Under the pieces are notes generated by a model that was not told the DNA's origin, did no database searches, and worked only from the letters and a program-made list of their open reading frames with translations. Of a DNA stretch of 64,000 nucleotides, positions 1 through 13,609 are shown piece by piece. Position 1 is the first letter of the stretch; every line of letters begins with the position of its first letter. The position numbers and the translations under genes are program-made. This DNA comes from Eledone cirrhosa (Eukaryota). The DNA is taken from the NCBI GenBank assembly GCA_964016885.1, contig OZ024742.1, positions 299,460,001-299,524,000 on the forward strand, written 5' to 3'.

Positions 1-62
1 CAAATGTGTGATACGTGTCGGTGAAACAATGAGTGGCGATTATTTATATATATTTCTTGCTT

Positions 63-93
<31 letters not shown>

Positions 94-100
<7 letters not shown>

Positions 101-640
101 CGTAGTTAAGAAAGCCACAACAATGCAGAGGGAAATCTCGAGGTAGGAAGTGAAAGATAGATAGGAAAAACAGGTGAAAGTGTAAATTGAGAGAGACAAA
201 GATGAAAACAAAACAAAGGTAGAAGGGTTACCGTAGTGGAGATTTAATCCCAATATTTCGGACTCACGCCCATCAACGGGGGAAAGTTCCAAAAGGGGGG
301 GGGGGAACAGGCCAAGCGGAGAAAGTTGTGATGTCGTTAAGACAGGAATGCCGTGTCTTAACGACATCACAACTTTCTCCGCTTGGCCTGTTCCCCCCCT
401 TTTGGAACTTTCCCCCGTTGATGGGCGTGAGTCCGAAATATTGGGATTAAATCTCCACTACGGTAACCCTTCTACCTTTGTTTTGTTTTCATCTTTGTCT
501 CTCTCAATTTTCACTTTCACCTGTTTTTCCTATCTATCTTTCACTTCCTACCTCGAGATTTCTCTCTGCATTGTTGTGGCTTTCTTAACTACGTATTTTA
601 CACATTTCACAATGCTTCAAGCAAACTTTAACACCCTCTT
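94..640. mobile_element. Fold-back (palindromic) PLE-derived element flanked by (TA)n
   Basis: 94-344 is the near-perfect reverse complement of 354-600 (loop ggaatgccg). The right arm continues ~40 bp to a (TA)n tract. This explains the mirror ORFs 65..370(-) and 348..689(+). Confidence 0.8.
411..446 (+). ncRNA. Degenerate minimal hammerhead ribozyme motif (mirror copy 248-283, -)
   Basis: tccc CCGTTGA t GGGC-GTGA-GTCC GAAA T ATT ggga. Stem I is tccc/ggga and stem II has a GNRA loop. The core has U4C and A6U changes. Confidence 0.55.
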
Positions 641-661
641 ATATATATATATATATATGTA

Positions 662-830
662 TATCAAATTACAAAATGTACGGAAATAATAGACAAAATA
701 TACCTATTTTCTTTTCAAAGTCCCAACTACAATTTTGCCGATCTGTGTGCAACATTTTCTGCACTATAAAAATACATCATCGCTGTGAAGTTGGTACGGC
801 TTATCAAGAGACCCCTCAGAAAAAAGGACT
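662..830 (-). repeat. Dispersed (TA)n-adjacent repeat, same family as 8474-8642
   Basis: Shared atcaaattacaaaatgt...aaagtccc...tatcaagagacccctcagaaaaa. Confidence 0.7.
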
Positions 831-902
831 ATTTCTTTCGTAGCAAGTGAGAATATCTCGATAGGCGGAGGGAGAAATTAACACACACACACATGCACAC
901 AA

Positions 903-950
<48 letters not shown>

Positions 951-1699
951 TTATATATACATATACGTATATATATATCACATAATATGGAGCAGGTTTT
1001 TCATACTTTCTTATTCTCTTATTCGTCTTTTAAGATAAGTATACAATGGTATCGTTCTTAAATTCATTAACTTTTCTAGCTTTTCCTCTTCCCCGCTTCT
1101 CCATGATGTTGAGCTTAGGTGTTTTTTATGGCTGAGTTAATGTAGTAGGAGATAAATTTCATGTGAATGGTGTTGTGGGTTTATAGTTGTTAACCTTTAA
1201 CACCAAGTTACTTTCAGCAGTCAATAAGTGTTCTTACTTCATCACCTAGGGCCTGTATTTGTGTGCAACATTTGGGCTTGTATTTTGCTATTAATAAAGT
1301 TTCCACCCGCATCCACAAGAAGGATTATCTTAGTGGTTATACTTTAAGCAAAATAGCACAATAATGTATCCATAACTTTATAAATAAGGAAATCTAGTGG
1401 AGCGTTTCAATAAAAAGCAAAAGAATCATGTGCAATCACAGCAGGCCAGGTATAGTTTTATTGGACACGTGCATTAGATGCATAGTAGCCATGAACGCTT
1501 CGGCTGAAATTGTTGAGAAATAAGAATTCGATGGTGAACTAATGTGGAATAACCATTACTTGGATGGAAGTTGTAGATGTTCATGTTTACTTATCTTAAA
1601 TACACTGGGCTATATATCTACAGTTTTCTATAATAAACTGAAAATGTCGAAATATTCCAGTAATGAATAAAACAAGCTCTCTCACATTATTTAATTCCA

Positions 1700-2068
1700 G
1701 GGCAGTGGATTGGCAGTATCGGTAGAAGGTCGGACGCCATGCTTTCCAGCATAGTTACGTCCCTTTACGATCTGAGTTCAAATCCCGCCGAGGTTGACTT
1801 TGCCTTTCATCCTTACGGGGTCGATAAAATAAAGTACCAGTAATGCACTGGGTAATTTGCTGGCCTTGTGCCTAAAGTAGAAACAATTATTTAATCCCAG
1901 TCAGGCGGTAAATTGGCAGTATCGGTACAGCGTCAGACAGAGTTATGGCCCTTTACGTTCTGAGTTCAAATCTCGCCGAGCTTAACTTTGCCTTTCATCC
2001 TTACGGGATCGATAAAATAAAGTACTGGGGTAATTGTTGGCCTTGTGTCAAAAGTAGAAACAATTATT
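1700..2068 (+). mobile_element. Two tandem copies of the dominant tRNA-like SINE (SINE-A)
   Basis: A-box-like tggcagtatcggta, B-box gagttcaaatccc, body gactttgcctttcatccttacggggtcgataaaataaagtacc, tail ggccttgtgcctaaagtagaaacaattatt. Confidence 0.85.
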
Positions 2069-2176
2069 CAATTTCAGTTGATGAGAGATGAAATGTCGAT
2101 TAGTAAAATATTCCAAAAAGTTTCAATTTGAATTTTCTAGAAGGAACATGTTCACACGATCACATATGTGCTTATG

Positions 2177-2216
<40 letters not shown>

Positions 2217-3777
2217 ACACTCATACACTCACACGCAAAGAGTATCCACATATATACATGCCCATATTAATTCATTCCCATATTCAAAAAATTACTTGAG
2301 CAAGACACTTTATCTCACGTTGCTTCAGTTCACACATTATGTCAAGTTGAATTTCCATAGAATCTACGTAAAGGTTACATGTGTTTGTTGAATTCTAAAA
2401 CCATTTGTACATTAATTTAACAAGCACAGACTGTTCCGGTGATCAATCAACTGGAACACGCGTCTTTGGAACCGACTGAGCTAAAATATATGTTCGTTCT
2501 CTTAGCTATTAATGATAACAACTGAGGATACAATGTTGAGATGTGTTTAGTGTTTGTATATTAGTTTCCGGACACCATATATTTTAAACAATCTTTCTCT
2601 GAAATGAAGAAAATATAACAGACATTTCTGAATAGAAATTTCTATAAAACTGTCAGATTTACTAAGGCGAAAATGGGATTTGCCTTGACAAACTCTCCAT
2701 AAAAGCAGAATGCAAAATTAAGAGACCGTTATTCACCCTAACCTATTTAGCAGTCCACTAACTCTTTTTTATTATGAAAATAGAGTTAGACTTTAATTGC
2801 TTTGGACAGGATGTAATTCCAAAGACTAAGTCACAAAAGCAAGTTTCCATCTGTTTGCTTCAGCTGCTTTTTGTTTCATCCCGCAATAAATATTGAAGTT
2901 TTATATAAATTTATAATGAATTATCTGGAAAAAGCGTATATGAATTTCAAAAGACATTTCCTTTTTTATAGTATATGTTCATGATATATACTCATTGGTA
3001 ATCTATCTCTTAAATAAATTCTATCTGTCGTTTTATTTATTTAACTAAGTAGCTCACTCTCTCTTGAATATTTCCCTTAACAGAAAAATACAGATTCCGT
3101 TGCTGTTGTCATTTGGCCTAAGTCAGTCCAACATATAACCAAAAGTGTTCCAGCTATGATTATCACATTTTTTTCTGTATATCATCAACTGTATTGATCA
3201 GTGTGTGCTTCATTTTTTAAAAACAATAATGTAAACTTTGAAGATTCGGCTTATGTTTCTCGTAAGCCAAGTGGGTAAATAGAACAGTTAAGAAACTTTT
3301 AGCATCAGTCGAATTAAAAGTGCACAAGAACTTGTGAATCTTAATCTGTACAGAGAACAATATCTTATTTTTATAAGTATATAGATAAGCAACTTATATT
3401 AAATTGAAGATTAAACATGTCTTTCTTTTGTAAGTATGGGATTTAAGTGACGGTTTCAGCAAATGGTTTACAATTTGAATGCTGGCGAAACTTTTTCCAA
3501 AGGCAAGAGGTAACTCACCACTGGCGTAGAAGATCCTGTGTTGGCTTTAGTGTGTGGGGCCCAATGGACTGCCCAATAAATATTACAATAAAATTTTGCC
3601 AGAGATAGATTAGCAAAATTTAATAAGCGGAGTGTGGAATAAAAACCGGGGGGGGGGGGGAGGGGAGATCTGACCAAATTAATAAGCAGAGGTGGGGTCG
3701 ATTATTTAAGAACTGAGAGTAATTTAATTATTGGCGAACGTAAGAATGAAAACTCAATACCGAAATAGAGTTTAAAT

Positions 3778-3911
3778 ATTCATTTATTATGGCTAAGCCG
3801 TGTTACTCTGGCGTCTCATCTCCGTACTCACCAGACAGGACTGGTGATCCTGTGAGTGCACAGGTAAAACTTTAGAGTAACAAAGCTAACCAATAGCCAT
3901 AATAAATGAAT
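3778..3911 (+). mobile_element. Small fold-back with degenerate HHR-like core
   Basis: Arms attcatttattatggcta / tagccataataaatgaat plus gttactct/agagtaac. Inside is CTGGTGA t cctgtg-agtg-cacagg tAAAAC (3841-3870). Abuts (TA)n. Confidence 0.5.
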
Positions 3912-3916
3912 GTATG

Positions 3917-3962
<46 letters not shown>

Positions 3963-3967
<5 letters not shown>

Positions 3968-4166
3968 GTAGAACACTGGGAGGTAATATCCGTAGTGGTA
4001 GAGCACTCAGTCCATGGGACGAGTTAGGTAGAAGTGGTTACACAACAGTTAGTTCACCATACCGAGAACAATTGTTTCACCTTAGCGGATCCTCAGCTCG
4101 TAATCGGATCCGCTAAGGTGAAACAATTGTTCTCGGTATGGTGAACTAACTGTTGTGTAACCACTG

Positions 4167-4167
<1 letters not shown>
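3963..4167 (-). mobile_element. Fold-back PLE-derived element between (TA)n tracts
   Basis: Perfect 60-bp arms 4033-4092 / 4106-4165 with a 13-nt loop. Same family as 19199-19350. Confidence 0.85.
4063..4100 (-). ncRNA. Minimal type-I hammerhead ribozyme
   Basis: Minus strand: cgag CTGAGGA tccgctaaggt GAAAC aatt GTT ctcg. Canonical core, palindromic stem III. Confidence 0.75.
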
Positions 4168-4204
<37 letters not shown>

Positions 4205-6771
4205 ACATTTACTCCGTCGTTCCCGCACCACCAGCATGATTCAACATTGAAGATCGATGAGTTGCATAGCGTCGAGTGCTTTTCTCATTGCAGAATGACC
4301 AATTCTACCCAGTGGTAAACCACCAAATATAAACCCATATATATATGTGTGTGTGTGTAAAAGGTAAACAGAAATAACAACATAATCGTTACAGTATATG
4401 GATGGGATATATTAGGTTGACGCGTGATATAGCAGGAAGAGGGTATACATATTTATATATCATTCTGCGATGTTTACCATGACTACCAAAACATACATCT
4501 ATTTGGATATGCGCTACAATTTAAGTACATTTAATGTTTATCGCATATCGGAGGTTTCTTACCATTTTGGTGTACAAAGAACTACACTAATCACTCAAAC
4601 TAAATTGTCCAAATTTGGCCCCTCAATTATTCAGAAATACTTCCACAGCCCCTATTATCTGCGCATCAACTACACCAGCAGTCCACGGTAACTTCGTTAA
4701 AACAACTAAGTCATTTTCTGCAACAGGAAACAATTAAAGCTGCATTTTTTAATCTGGACTTAATTGAATTGATTTATTTTCTTCTCCCCAGAAAAGGTTA
4801 TACATCCTTTTTTTTCACTCAATCAACTGCTGCCATTCTTGGACACCGAACATAAAATATATATTTCTCACACAAGGCATAATATTTTGTGGGTGGATAT
4901 AATATACATTGCATCATTCCTAATATATTACTGTTATCGAAAAGTAATCAATAAAAAAAAATATAGCTTCGTTGAAATTTGAATAAATAATGTAGAGGAA
5001 CAACTCTTCATACTGAAATACATTTTGGTCCAGTATTCATGTGTCTGCCAACTTCTTTTCTGTTTATAAAAATATTGATTTTTTTTTAAAAGCATTTCTC
5101 AGAAGTATACCTATTTGTGAAAGAAATAGTGGAATCGAATGAATCAGCCTGTAAATATTACTGGTACTAAGTTTACTAATCCCGGACTAAAGAAAATATA
5201 TGGTAGCTAGGTGGGATGTGAATTCACTACCTAAAGGAACGTAATAGAATAACAGACAGATTTCGCTTTGATACGCATGACAACTGAAGCCCTCTCCAGA
5301 AAACGACATGCTCTGAACAGCGTTTAGCATGTGACCATAAAATTATTATATGTAACTGTATGCACGCACTCGCTTCACTCAGGAATAGTTGTTATCGTTG
5401 TTCTTGTTGATGAGAATTTGATGACGACGATGATAATGATGAATTAAGATGATGACGAAATTTGAAATACGACAAAAATTAAATAAGTAAATCAAAATGA
5501 TAAATTAAACATAAGAAACATGTTACTGGTTAAATTTTAATTAGATTCATATTAGGGGCATCGCCAGCTTGTGTTAAGCTATTTTATTCTAATACTGTCA
5601 GCTAAAGGTTTAAACATTCCCAACAATTTGGAACTGGAGGTCTTCCACAACAGGACACATCTGACTTATGGTGCTCAGTGACCAGCATCAACTGAAATGG
5701 TCCCGGGACTTCAATAAACAGATTTAGGAGGCCTATTTAACTGTCATGTATTATCCACCAGAAGTCAAACACTTAGGGTGCATACAGAATTCGTGGGGAA
5801 AAGTACCCCAACAGCTATAGCCTTGTCAATGTACGCAGAAATAAAATTAATCAAAGACCACTTTGTCACTTAATGTGTAACCCTAATCCCACATAATAAT
5901 AACGTTAAGTGTATACCTGCCTTTAGAACAATCACCCACTTACGCGTTAGTTTACAAGCTGGGTGTTCAGTTGATCGAACGACTGGATGACCATCGTCTC
6001 AACTGACAGAGGAACTCTCAAAATTGTCACGGTATCCGTTTCTCTTCAGCCATTTGTACTTCTCATATTATTGATTTTTTTTTTTTTGTTTACTTACTTC
6101 ATAAGATCTCTAAAAACAACACCAAGAAAGAATTAAGTTAGACCTGATATAATTATCTTTGTATCAATTTGAAATTTACCATCAGAGACAGTTAGGCTAG
6201 ACACTGGCTTAAAACAAACAAACAAAAAACATTCAGTTATTTTCTCCTTTGAAACTCAAATAAACTTTAATTATTTGACATTTCACAATGGGATTCAAAC
6301 TATAAATATATTTTCAATCAAGTTGAGGAGGTCGGTGCACTTGATGCCTAGTTTGAACACCAGTCAATCAATGGAAAAATATGGGCACTACTAAAATGAA
6401 ATTAATGAACAAAGTTGATCTCCTGAGATGTGACACATAATAGAGGCGTCAGAGAAACAGATAGAAATACAAATAGGATGGGTATTAGCTGAAGAGTATG
6501 AAATTCAATAGATTAAATAAGCCAAAGGTTCGTGTTGTAGCAGTAGAAGACAGGAAGGCGTGAGTTTGTGTGCCATGAGACCATCTTGTTAGTAAATGAC
6601 TCTTCAGCAGTCAGTCAAATAGACTTATTAGTGATAAATTATACATGTTTGTGAGTGATGTAGCAGTAAGGTTGGAGATACGTTATATGTACTCCAATTA
6701 TGGTCCTACTGTAGAGGCTTAGACATAAATCAAGCCTAAGATAATTTAGGAAATTTGGGGACTTTCTCAGT

Positions 6772-6935
6772 AATTGTTTCTATTTATGCACAAGGCCAGC
6801 AATTTGAGGGGATGGGGAAAGTCGATTAAATCGACCCCAGTGCATTACTGGTGCTTTATTTTATCGACCCCGTAAGGATGAAAGGCAAACTTAACCTCGG
6901 TGGGATTTGAACTCGGAAAATAATGGGCCGTAACT
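6772..6935 (-). mobile_element. SINE-A, 5'-truncated
   Basis: Reverse complement of the SINE body (ttttatcgaccccgtaaggatgaaaggcaaa...ggatttgaactc). Confidence 0.8.
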
Positions 6936-8235
6936 CTCAATAATAATAAGATTTCGTAGTTATATGGAACAGCGATAATGCAATGGATCAGTTTCTGCGG
7001 AGAGAAAGAGAATACATTGGTGAAAACAGGGCATAATTTTAAAAAAATAAAGGTGGAGTGAGATAATGCAGGAAGGGAAATAGTCACACCTGTTGTTTGA
7101 AGATGTTTGGAGTACGGTGGTGACAGAAGATGAAGTAGAGGAATGGAAGAGAATGTCTTTGATCCTGAGTAATTGTAAGCTGTTATTGATGAAACACAAT
7201 TGTGGGAGAGGTTCATTCTACGTAGACAGAATGATTACTTATCAGCGCAAAGATCATGTAGCCTTAAATAGCATAAATGGGTTAGAGAGAGAGAAGATGA
7301 AACATTTATGCCTTAGAAAGTACTAAGTGGTGTGGTTTGTTTATTATGGCCCAAATTCAAATGATGTGACGCATATTTATAGTTTTTTATTTATTTGGTT
7401 TCTTTGCCTTGATTTTACTGGAAGCAACTTGTACTCGATGAACCATATTTCCATATTTGGAAGACATGGAAAGGTATAAGACATCACATTGAAATTTGAA
7501 GTCTTTGCCCTAACACTGAACATTTTCAGAAAAATATATTCGCTAGTAAATATACTATAATCCTTGTAATTAATCTGTTTTTAGATATGTGTATGCTAAA
7601 TTATTCCAGGATGTTAAGAGATAAAGTGATTATAGAAATAAAAAGAGAGCCATGACTAATGAGTTGTAGGAAGTTCGGCTTGGCTGGGGAAATGGCTGGT
7701 CCTGGAACTAATCTTCCGCTCTTAAACTTTCCTACAATAGCTGTAAGTACGGAAACATACAGTTGGAAGCGGAAAGTTAAGAGACAATTTTCTCCTCACA
7801 TCATAGTAAGACGTGCAACAGAATGAACTCTGCAAAAAGCAAGCAATACCCTAGTGGTGGTGCTAAACCGGGTAGCATCCTAGTTTACTGACCTCATTCA
7901 TCCACAAATAAAAGTAACGATGGTATTGTATCGTGTCACATACGGGAAGGATGACATCATTGTGTTCGAAATTCGAAGTGACAAATATATGCTTTTAAGT
8001 GGGATTAAAAGTTAGCTATAAAGAAAAGTGATCGAGATATAGCAGTGAAATGAAAATAAAACTAAAACATATCTATAATTACTTTAATTGTGATAGATAA
8101 TATTTCATAACTATCTGAAAAAAAAGGAAACACGAAAGAAACAAAGAAAGGTAAGTTAAATAGAAATGTTAAGGAATGCGAAAAGAAATACTAATTAATC
8201 TTTGATAACATTTTAAGATATATATATATATGTAT

Positions 8236-8400
8236 GTAAAAGGGTAAACAGAAATAACAACACAATCGGTACAGTATATGGAAGGGATATATTAGGTTAA
8301 CGCTTGATCTAGCAAGAAAAAGGTCTTAACGTTTCGGACTCTAGTCCTTCATCAGAAGAAAGAATGAAAAATAAGATAGATTGAGATGATGGGGTTTTGG
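8236..8400 (-). mobile_element. PLE-terminus-like element next to (TA)n; truncated sibling at 4357-4445
   Basis: Shared gtaaacagaaataacaaca..aatcg..acagtatatgga.gggatatattaggtt. Carries an HHR. Confidence 0.65.
8324..8359 (-). ncRNA. Minimal type-I hammerhead ribozyme (loop-less stem III, dimer type)
   Basis: Minus strand: tctt CTGATGA a GGAC-TAGA-GTCC GAAAC GTT aaga. Confidence 0.75.
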
Positions 8401-8473
8401 ATTTTATATATATATATAAGTATGTATGTATATGCTTATGTATATGTATATGCATGTATATATATATATATAT

Positions 8474-8642
8474 ATCAAATTACAAAATGTGAGGAAATAA
8501 TAGACAAAAATATACCTTTTTTTCTTCAAAGTCCCGACTAGTTTCGCCGATCCGTCCGTGTGCACCGATTTCTGCACTTTAAAAGTGCATCACCGCGGTG
8601 AGGTTGATACGGTTTATCAAGAGACCCCTCAGAAAAAGGAAT
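8474..8642 (-). repeat. (TA)n-flanked repeat with multi-hairpin interior and possible HHR variant
   Basis: Homologous to 662-830. Minus strand CTGAGGG...GAAAC TA GTC with internal hairpins ttgata/tatcaa and tgcact/agtgca. Confidence 0.55.
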
Positions 8643-10354
8643 GTTTATATATATATATATATTTTTTTTTTTTGTGTATGTGTCTGTATATATATAGAAG
8701 AGAGAGAAAGAGAGGGGTTTTCCAAAAAATCTATACACATATTAGAGTGTTGTTGAAGTGCGTATACATTTCTTTGGACACTATATATATATATATATTA
8801 TAATAGGACATGACACAAATCCTAAACTGAATCATAATTGAACGAAATCTACTTTAATATCATTAAGTAGTCAGCGTTTGATGACACCATGCGTCGTATG
8901 ACAGACTTGTGAATAAGGGAAATCATAAAATATAGATTGTGGCATAGGCATAATTCCCGACAAAAGGATGCTGCTCACTAACAAATGCGCGTTCAGTATA
9001 TTGAAACATAATTCTAATATTTCTTTTTTTCAGATTAATTACTTTCTCTTTCGTATAAGTTCGAACGTTATTTTATACATAAGATCTGTGGATTTGCAGA
9101 ATTCGGTATGTGAGTGAAACAAATACAATCTACGATCTTGTAGAGTTTAGGTTCAAATCCGACCGAGGTCAAATTCACATTTGACACTCTTATATGTTTT
9201 AATGATTGAAATCCTCAGTCGTATCGTGAGAAGCAGATTGAAATGAAACGACTTCCCCAAGAAAACAACGCGCCGCCCTGACTAAGAATCGAAACCATGA
9301 TCTCATGATAGTGATTCCAAGACCCTAACCACTAGACTAAAGCCTTTCCCTATCTTCATGAATGGGAGCACTAATCTTAGAAGATAGAATCCATCAAGAT
9401 CGTTATGGAATGGAGTGGGAGTTGATGTTCTCGTGTATTTACTTTCCCCAAAGTCCTTGATAATGAATTTAACTGATTACCAAAACCGTGTTACACACAG
9501 GTCTAAGATCAAATTGTGATAAAAAGAAATATTTTGAGAATAATATCCCTATTATTTTTCCTTGTTTGTATAATTAAAGCTATTTTCGAATCATTCAGTT
9601 ATAACAATAGTTTAAACAAGTTCAATAATTTCCGTTTGTTCAAGAGATAATGCCATACTAGTTCAATCGATAACAATCAATATAGTTTTTTTTTTTTTAA
9701 TTTAAAGATATCAATTCTCCTGAAATTTTTAACATTGTTCATGTAGCGAATCTATCTGAAAGCTTAACGTCGTGTTTTATTGAAGATAACCTTGAGCCTT
9801 TTGATTAAATCCTCATTGCAAGCAAGATCATTATGTAGTGGCAGTTAAAAAAACTTGCATTTTTTCGCTTCTTATTTCAACTTTTTTAAATATATATTTT
9901 TTTAATGTTGTTGCTGCTGTTAATGTATTTTTATGAGGCTGTAACACAATGTTTTATTTCGTTTCAGATTTTGCATCAGTTTACAATATTAAAAGCGTTT
10001 TTCGCAATGGTTTCGTATTATGGTCATTGGCTTTCATACCCCCACTCCTCTCTCTCTCTCTCTATTTGCTTTAAGGAACAGGTCATGAAGAAATTAATAC
10101 ACCTTAATATCCTTTCATTATTATCAATATCCCAAATGCATTTTGAATGATAATGGATATTTGGAAATTGCAATTGTTTGTCTATGGATATTAGAAATTT
10201 GGAATTGTCATTCTAAAATTAAACATTAATGCTTGCAGGGAAGTAACGAAATTTGAATATTAATATTTCATCAACATCATTTCAAACATTGCATTTATAA
10301 ACGAGTTAGAAATGATTTAGAGGGTTTGGCTTATACTAGCATAAGAAATGGACG

Positions 10355-10500
10355 CCGGCATAACTGAGTGGTTAAGAAGTCTGCTTCGCAATAACTATAT
10401 CCAGGGGTCAATACCGTACTTGGCATTGAATTTTCCATAAACTCAGGTTGAAACAGGCAATATGTGTGAAATGGAGTAGACGGAAATTGAATGAACGTCT
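10355..10500 (+). mobile_element. Degenerate second tRNA-derived SINE family (SINE-B); another split copy at ~19020-19170 and 19380-19530
   Basis: ctgagtggttaagaagtctgcttc head and gtagacggaaattga end. The 19380-19530 part has gtactggggtcgat...ggtgctccagcttggccgcagtctaatgactgaaac. Confidence 0.55.
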
Positions 10501-12039
10501 GTTGGATAGGCTGATGTTGTTGGCCGCTGTGGTTAGGCGGTGGCAGTACTTGACTTTTTTCCCTCTCCGGATAGTCTTAACAGAAGTCCTTTAACTGTGT
10601 TGTGTTGCTACAAGTGAATGGGGTCCAGGTATTGTTGGTTACTTTGGATGAGGAGCTCCATCCACATTCCGGATCAGTTCTCCTATCACATCTTACAGAC
10701 GTGGATGATAGTTCGATTCACGATATCTGCGGCGGCGGTCACTGGAAGTGTATTTCAGGCTGCAATTGTTTTCCCCTGACATTCGCCAATCTTAGGCCGC
10801 AGTAAGACGCTACGAGAATCTTCTACTCGCTTCTCAAATTGATGGGGAGATATAATTTCGCATCTTCCATGGTGGCAAATCACACCTCTATTGTTGCAAA
10901 TATTTTACTCCGTGTAACGTGCGTTTTCCTCTGCCGCACGCAGCCAATTGCCCTTTTTGATGTTTGGTTCGGTGACGCATTCAACTATCTACGAATTGGT
11001 GCATATTTCCTTACACGTATCAGGGAAGAGCTTGTTTCCTCAATTGCTTCTAGGGTCTGGAGTGTGTCTTTGCGCCCGTTTAATTTCTAATTATGAACCT
11101 GGCTTCCCTTACCATATCTTCGTCATTTGTTATTCTTTCCAGGTTTTGCGCAGTTCCAACGAAAAGTCTTGTTGTCTGGCTGAGAGTCTGGCGGGCTTGT
11201 TCGATGGCTGGCTAATTAAACGACTTTGAACTTGAGTGGTTGGCTGAGTAGCTGATGACTAAATGGTTCACTGGTTGGTTACGTGGCTAGCTCACTGACT
11301 GTCTGTTTGACAGGCCGTTGTGTTGGCTGGCTAGCTAGCTGGCTAGCTAGCTGCCTTGTTAGTTGTTTACTACAACTAATACAAGGCAGGAATGTCTCTG
11401 TATTTGAAATTACTGGTGTTGTTGCTGTTTGTGGTATTGTTGCTGTTCGTGGTGTTGGTGCTGGTGTGGTTGTTATTCATGTTACAGATAGTCTGATATT
11501 GTTATTGTTGGATTTGTTGTTGCCGTTGTTCTTTTTCCTGTTGTTGCATCCCTCATGACAGTTTTCTTGCTGACTGTTACTGTCACTGCTGCTGCTGCTG
11601 CTGGTGTTGCTGCTGCTGCTGCTGGTGTTGCTGCTGCTGACAGTGTTTGCACGTGAATTTTCCCTACGGTCTCATAGTGGTGAAGATTGGGAGACAAATG
11701 TGGAATGAGACATTCATTGCTAGGTTAGGCCTCAATGAAATACAGGAATTAAAGCATGGCTGTTTTCGGAAACGCAATACAGGTTATATTATTAATGAAT
11801 TGGGACCTGCCTTTGGAGCAAAATGTAATATGTGTGTTTGTTTCAGAACCACAGAAAAGTAATAACTATTATCAATCCGTTTTCCCAATTCTTAGACTTG
11901 TGATGAAATGGATGAATCATATTGACAATGAAGAAACTAACCCGCTTGGTAAGATCTGAGACTCGTTATAAAGGTTGAGGTATGTTATTATAGGAAAAGT
12001 GATCCACAGGCTTTTATGCAGACTGAATGATTTACCCCA

Positions 12040-12470
12040 CTCTGAGATGTGGCATGTGCATAAGCCAGAATCATTATAGAAAATGATCGGGTGAAGGCTT
12101 TGTGGGATTTCAGGATACAAACAGATAAAGAATTAAAACACAATAGGCCTGACTTGGTGGTTTTTGACAAAGAAAAAAGTTCTTGCTTGATTATAGATGT
12201 AGCTTGCCGTTTTGCCGCAAGAGTGCAAGAAAAGGAGGATAAAATTAACCGGTATCAAGATCAAAGTGGGAACTGAAAAAGATTTGGGACTGTTATGAGA
12301 TCAAGGTCATCTCAATCGCCATAGGATCACTGGGTACTGTCTCGAAGTGTTTCCAAGGCTGGTTAAAGAACATTAGCCCACTCCCTTTTTTAGAACACTT
12401 AAACATTCATGCCTACTGGGAACAGCAAGGACCCTCCGATACGTCCTTAATATCTGGGGCTGCGGGTAGC
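12040..12470 (+). pseudogene. Non-LTR retrotransposon restriction-like endonuclease (RLE) fragment, Dong/R4-like, frameshifted
   Basis: ENDRVKALWDFRIQTDKELKHNRPDLVVFDKEKSSCLIIDVAC...KINRYQD, then IKVISIAIGSLGTVSK and CLLGTARTLRYVL in shifted frames. RPD...D motif of RLE LINEs. Confidence 0.8.
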
Positions 12471-13166
12471 GGTTTAATGTTCATTTGGGAAAATTTTCCG
12501 TTTAAATATCATCATTCTCTGGAAATTATGAATAAAACACACACAGTCAGATACATAACCAAATCCCCAGAACTTACAAACATATGCAGCATATAGCATT
12601 ACGAGACACTGTACATATCTTACGAAGAATACTCTCGACACAATAGAAGTAACAACAACAAAAGCAATACTGCATATAGCAAAGTTTGTGCTCTGAAATG
12701 AAGTGATGGCACACAATGGTAATATAACTATTAATAATGATGACAATAATAATAATAATAATAGAATGTTAATTTCTGAAAAGATGAAAAGGTCACCAAA
12801 CACAATTAAGGAGGTAAAGTGTTTATCTAACCTTCTCGATCGCAAATTGTGTTTAGTTTCAAGCAGAAAATCTTACATATAATAGTTGAGAAAGTTTTCA
12901 ATGATTCAATGGTTCATCAGATTCAAACCAATCGAACTTGTTAAAGTATATCAGCATTGTAGTGAAAATATATACCCCCCCCCCACACACACACACACAC
13001 ACAAACACACACATACACGTATGTGTATATATATATGTATATATATACATATATATATATATAGAGAGAGAGAGGGAGAGAGAGAAAAGAGAGACAGGGG
13101 GTATACAGAGATAGTTATATGCTTATATTTAGCATGGGTATTCATAGAGGAGGAGGGGGGGGGGAG

Positions 13167-13225
13167 AAGAAGAAGAAGAAGAAGAAGAAGAAGAAGAAGA
13201 AGAAGAAGAAGAAGAAGAAGAAGAA
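13167..13225 (+). repeat. (GAA)n microsatellite; others at ~23573-23630 and ~63074-63210
   Basis: Direct reading. Confidence 0.95.
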
Positions 13226-13576
13226 AGACAGTCATAAACAAACAAATAAACAAAGAAATTCTTCTAGAAAGTTAAATAACGAGAGGAAGAATAAAAGACA
13301 AGAAGCTACGAATAAAGAGAAGGAAAGCGAAGCTGCCATATACACAATATTAGGGTTGTAGTGAGAAAGCGGGAGACGAATGTGTGTAGGAGAGAGAGGG
13401 CGAAGGGGAGAAGAAAGGTCGCATGGCTTAATAGTTAGGGAATTCGACACGTTAATTTCGCGAGCATCCTTTTCCGTTGTTCGAACAATTGGAACGCTGA
13501 TCGTTGAAACCTATGAAGATCCAACACACACGCACATCAGAGATAGAGGGAGGAAGGAGAGTGGGGTAGATATGGA

Positions 13577-13609
<33 letters not shown>

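Noticed and set aside
6485-6515. CTGAAGA gtat GAAA; similar at 32193 (CTGAGGA...GAAA), 27291 and 51581
   Set aside because: No supporting stems or element context, so these are likely chance matches.
10510-11160. GC-richer stretch resembling a decayed retroelement ORF; likewise 7660-7960, 45000-45550 and 48520-48700
   Set aside because: No diagnostic motif could be read with confidence, so I left them unannotated.
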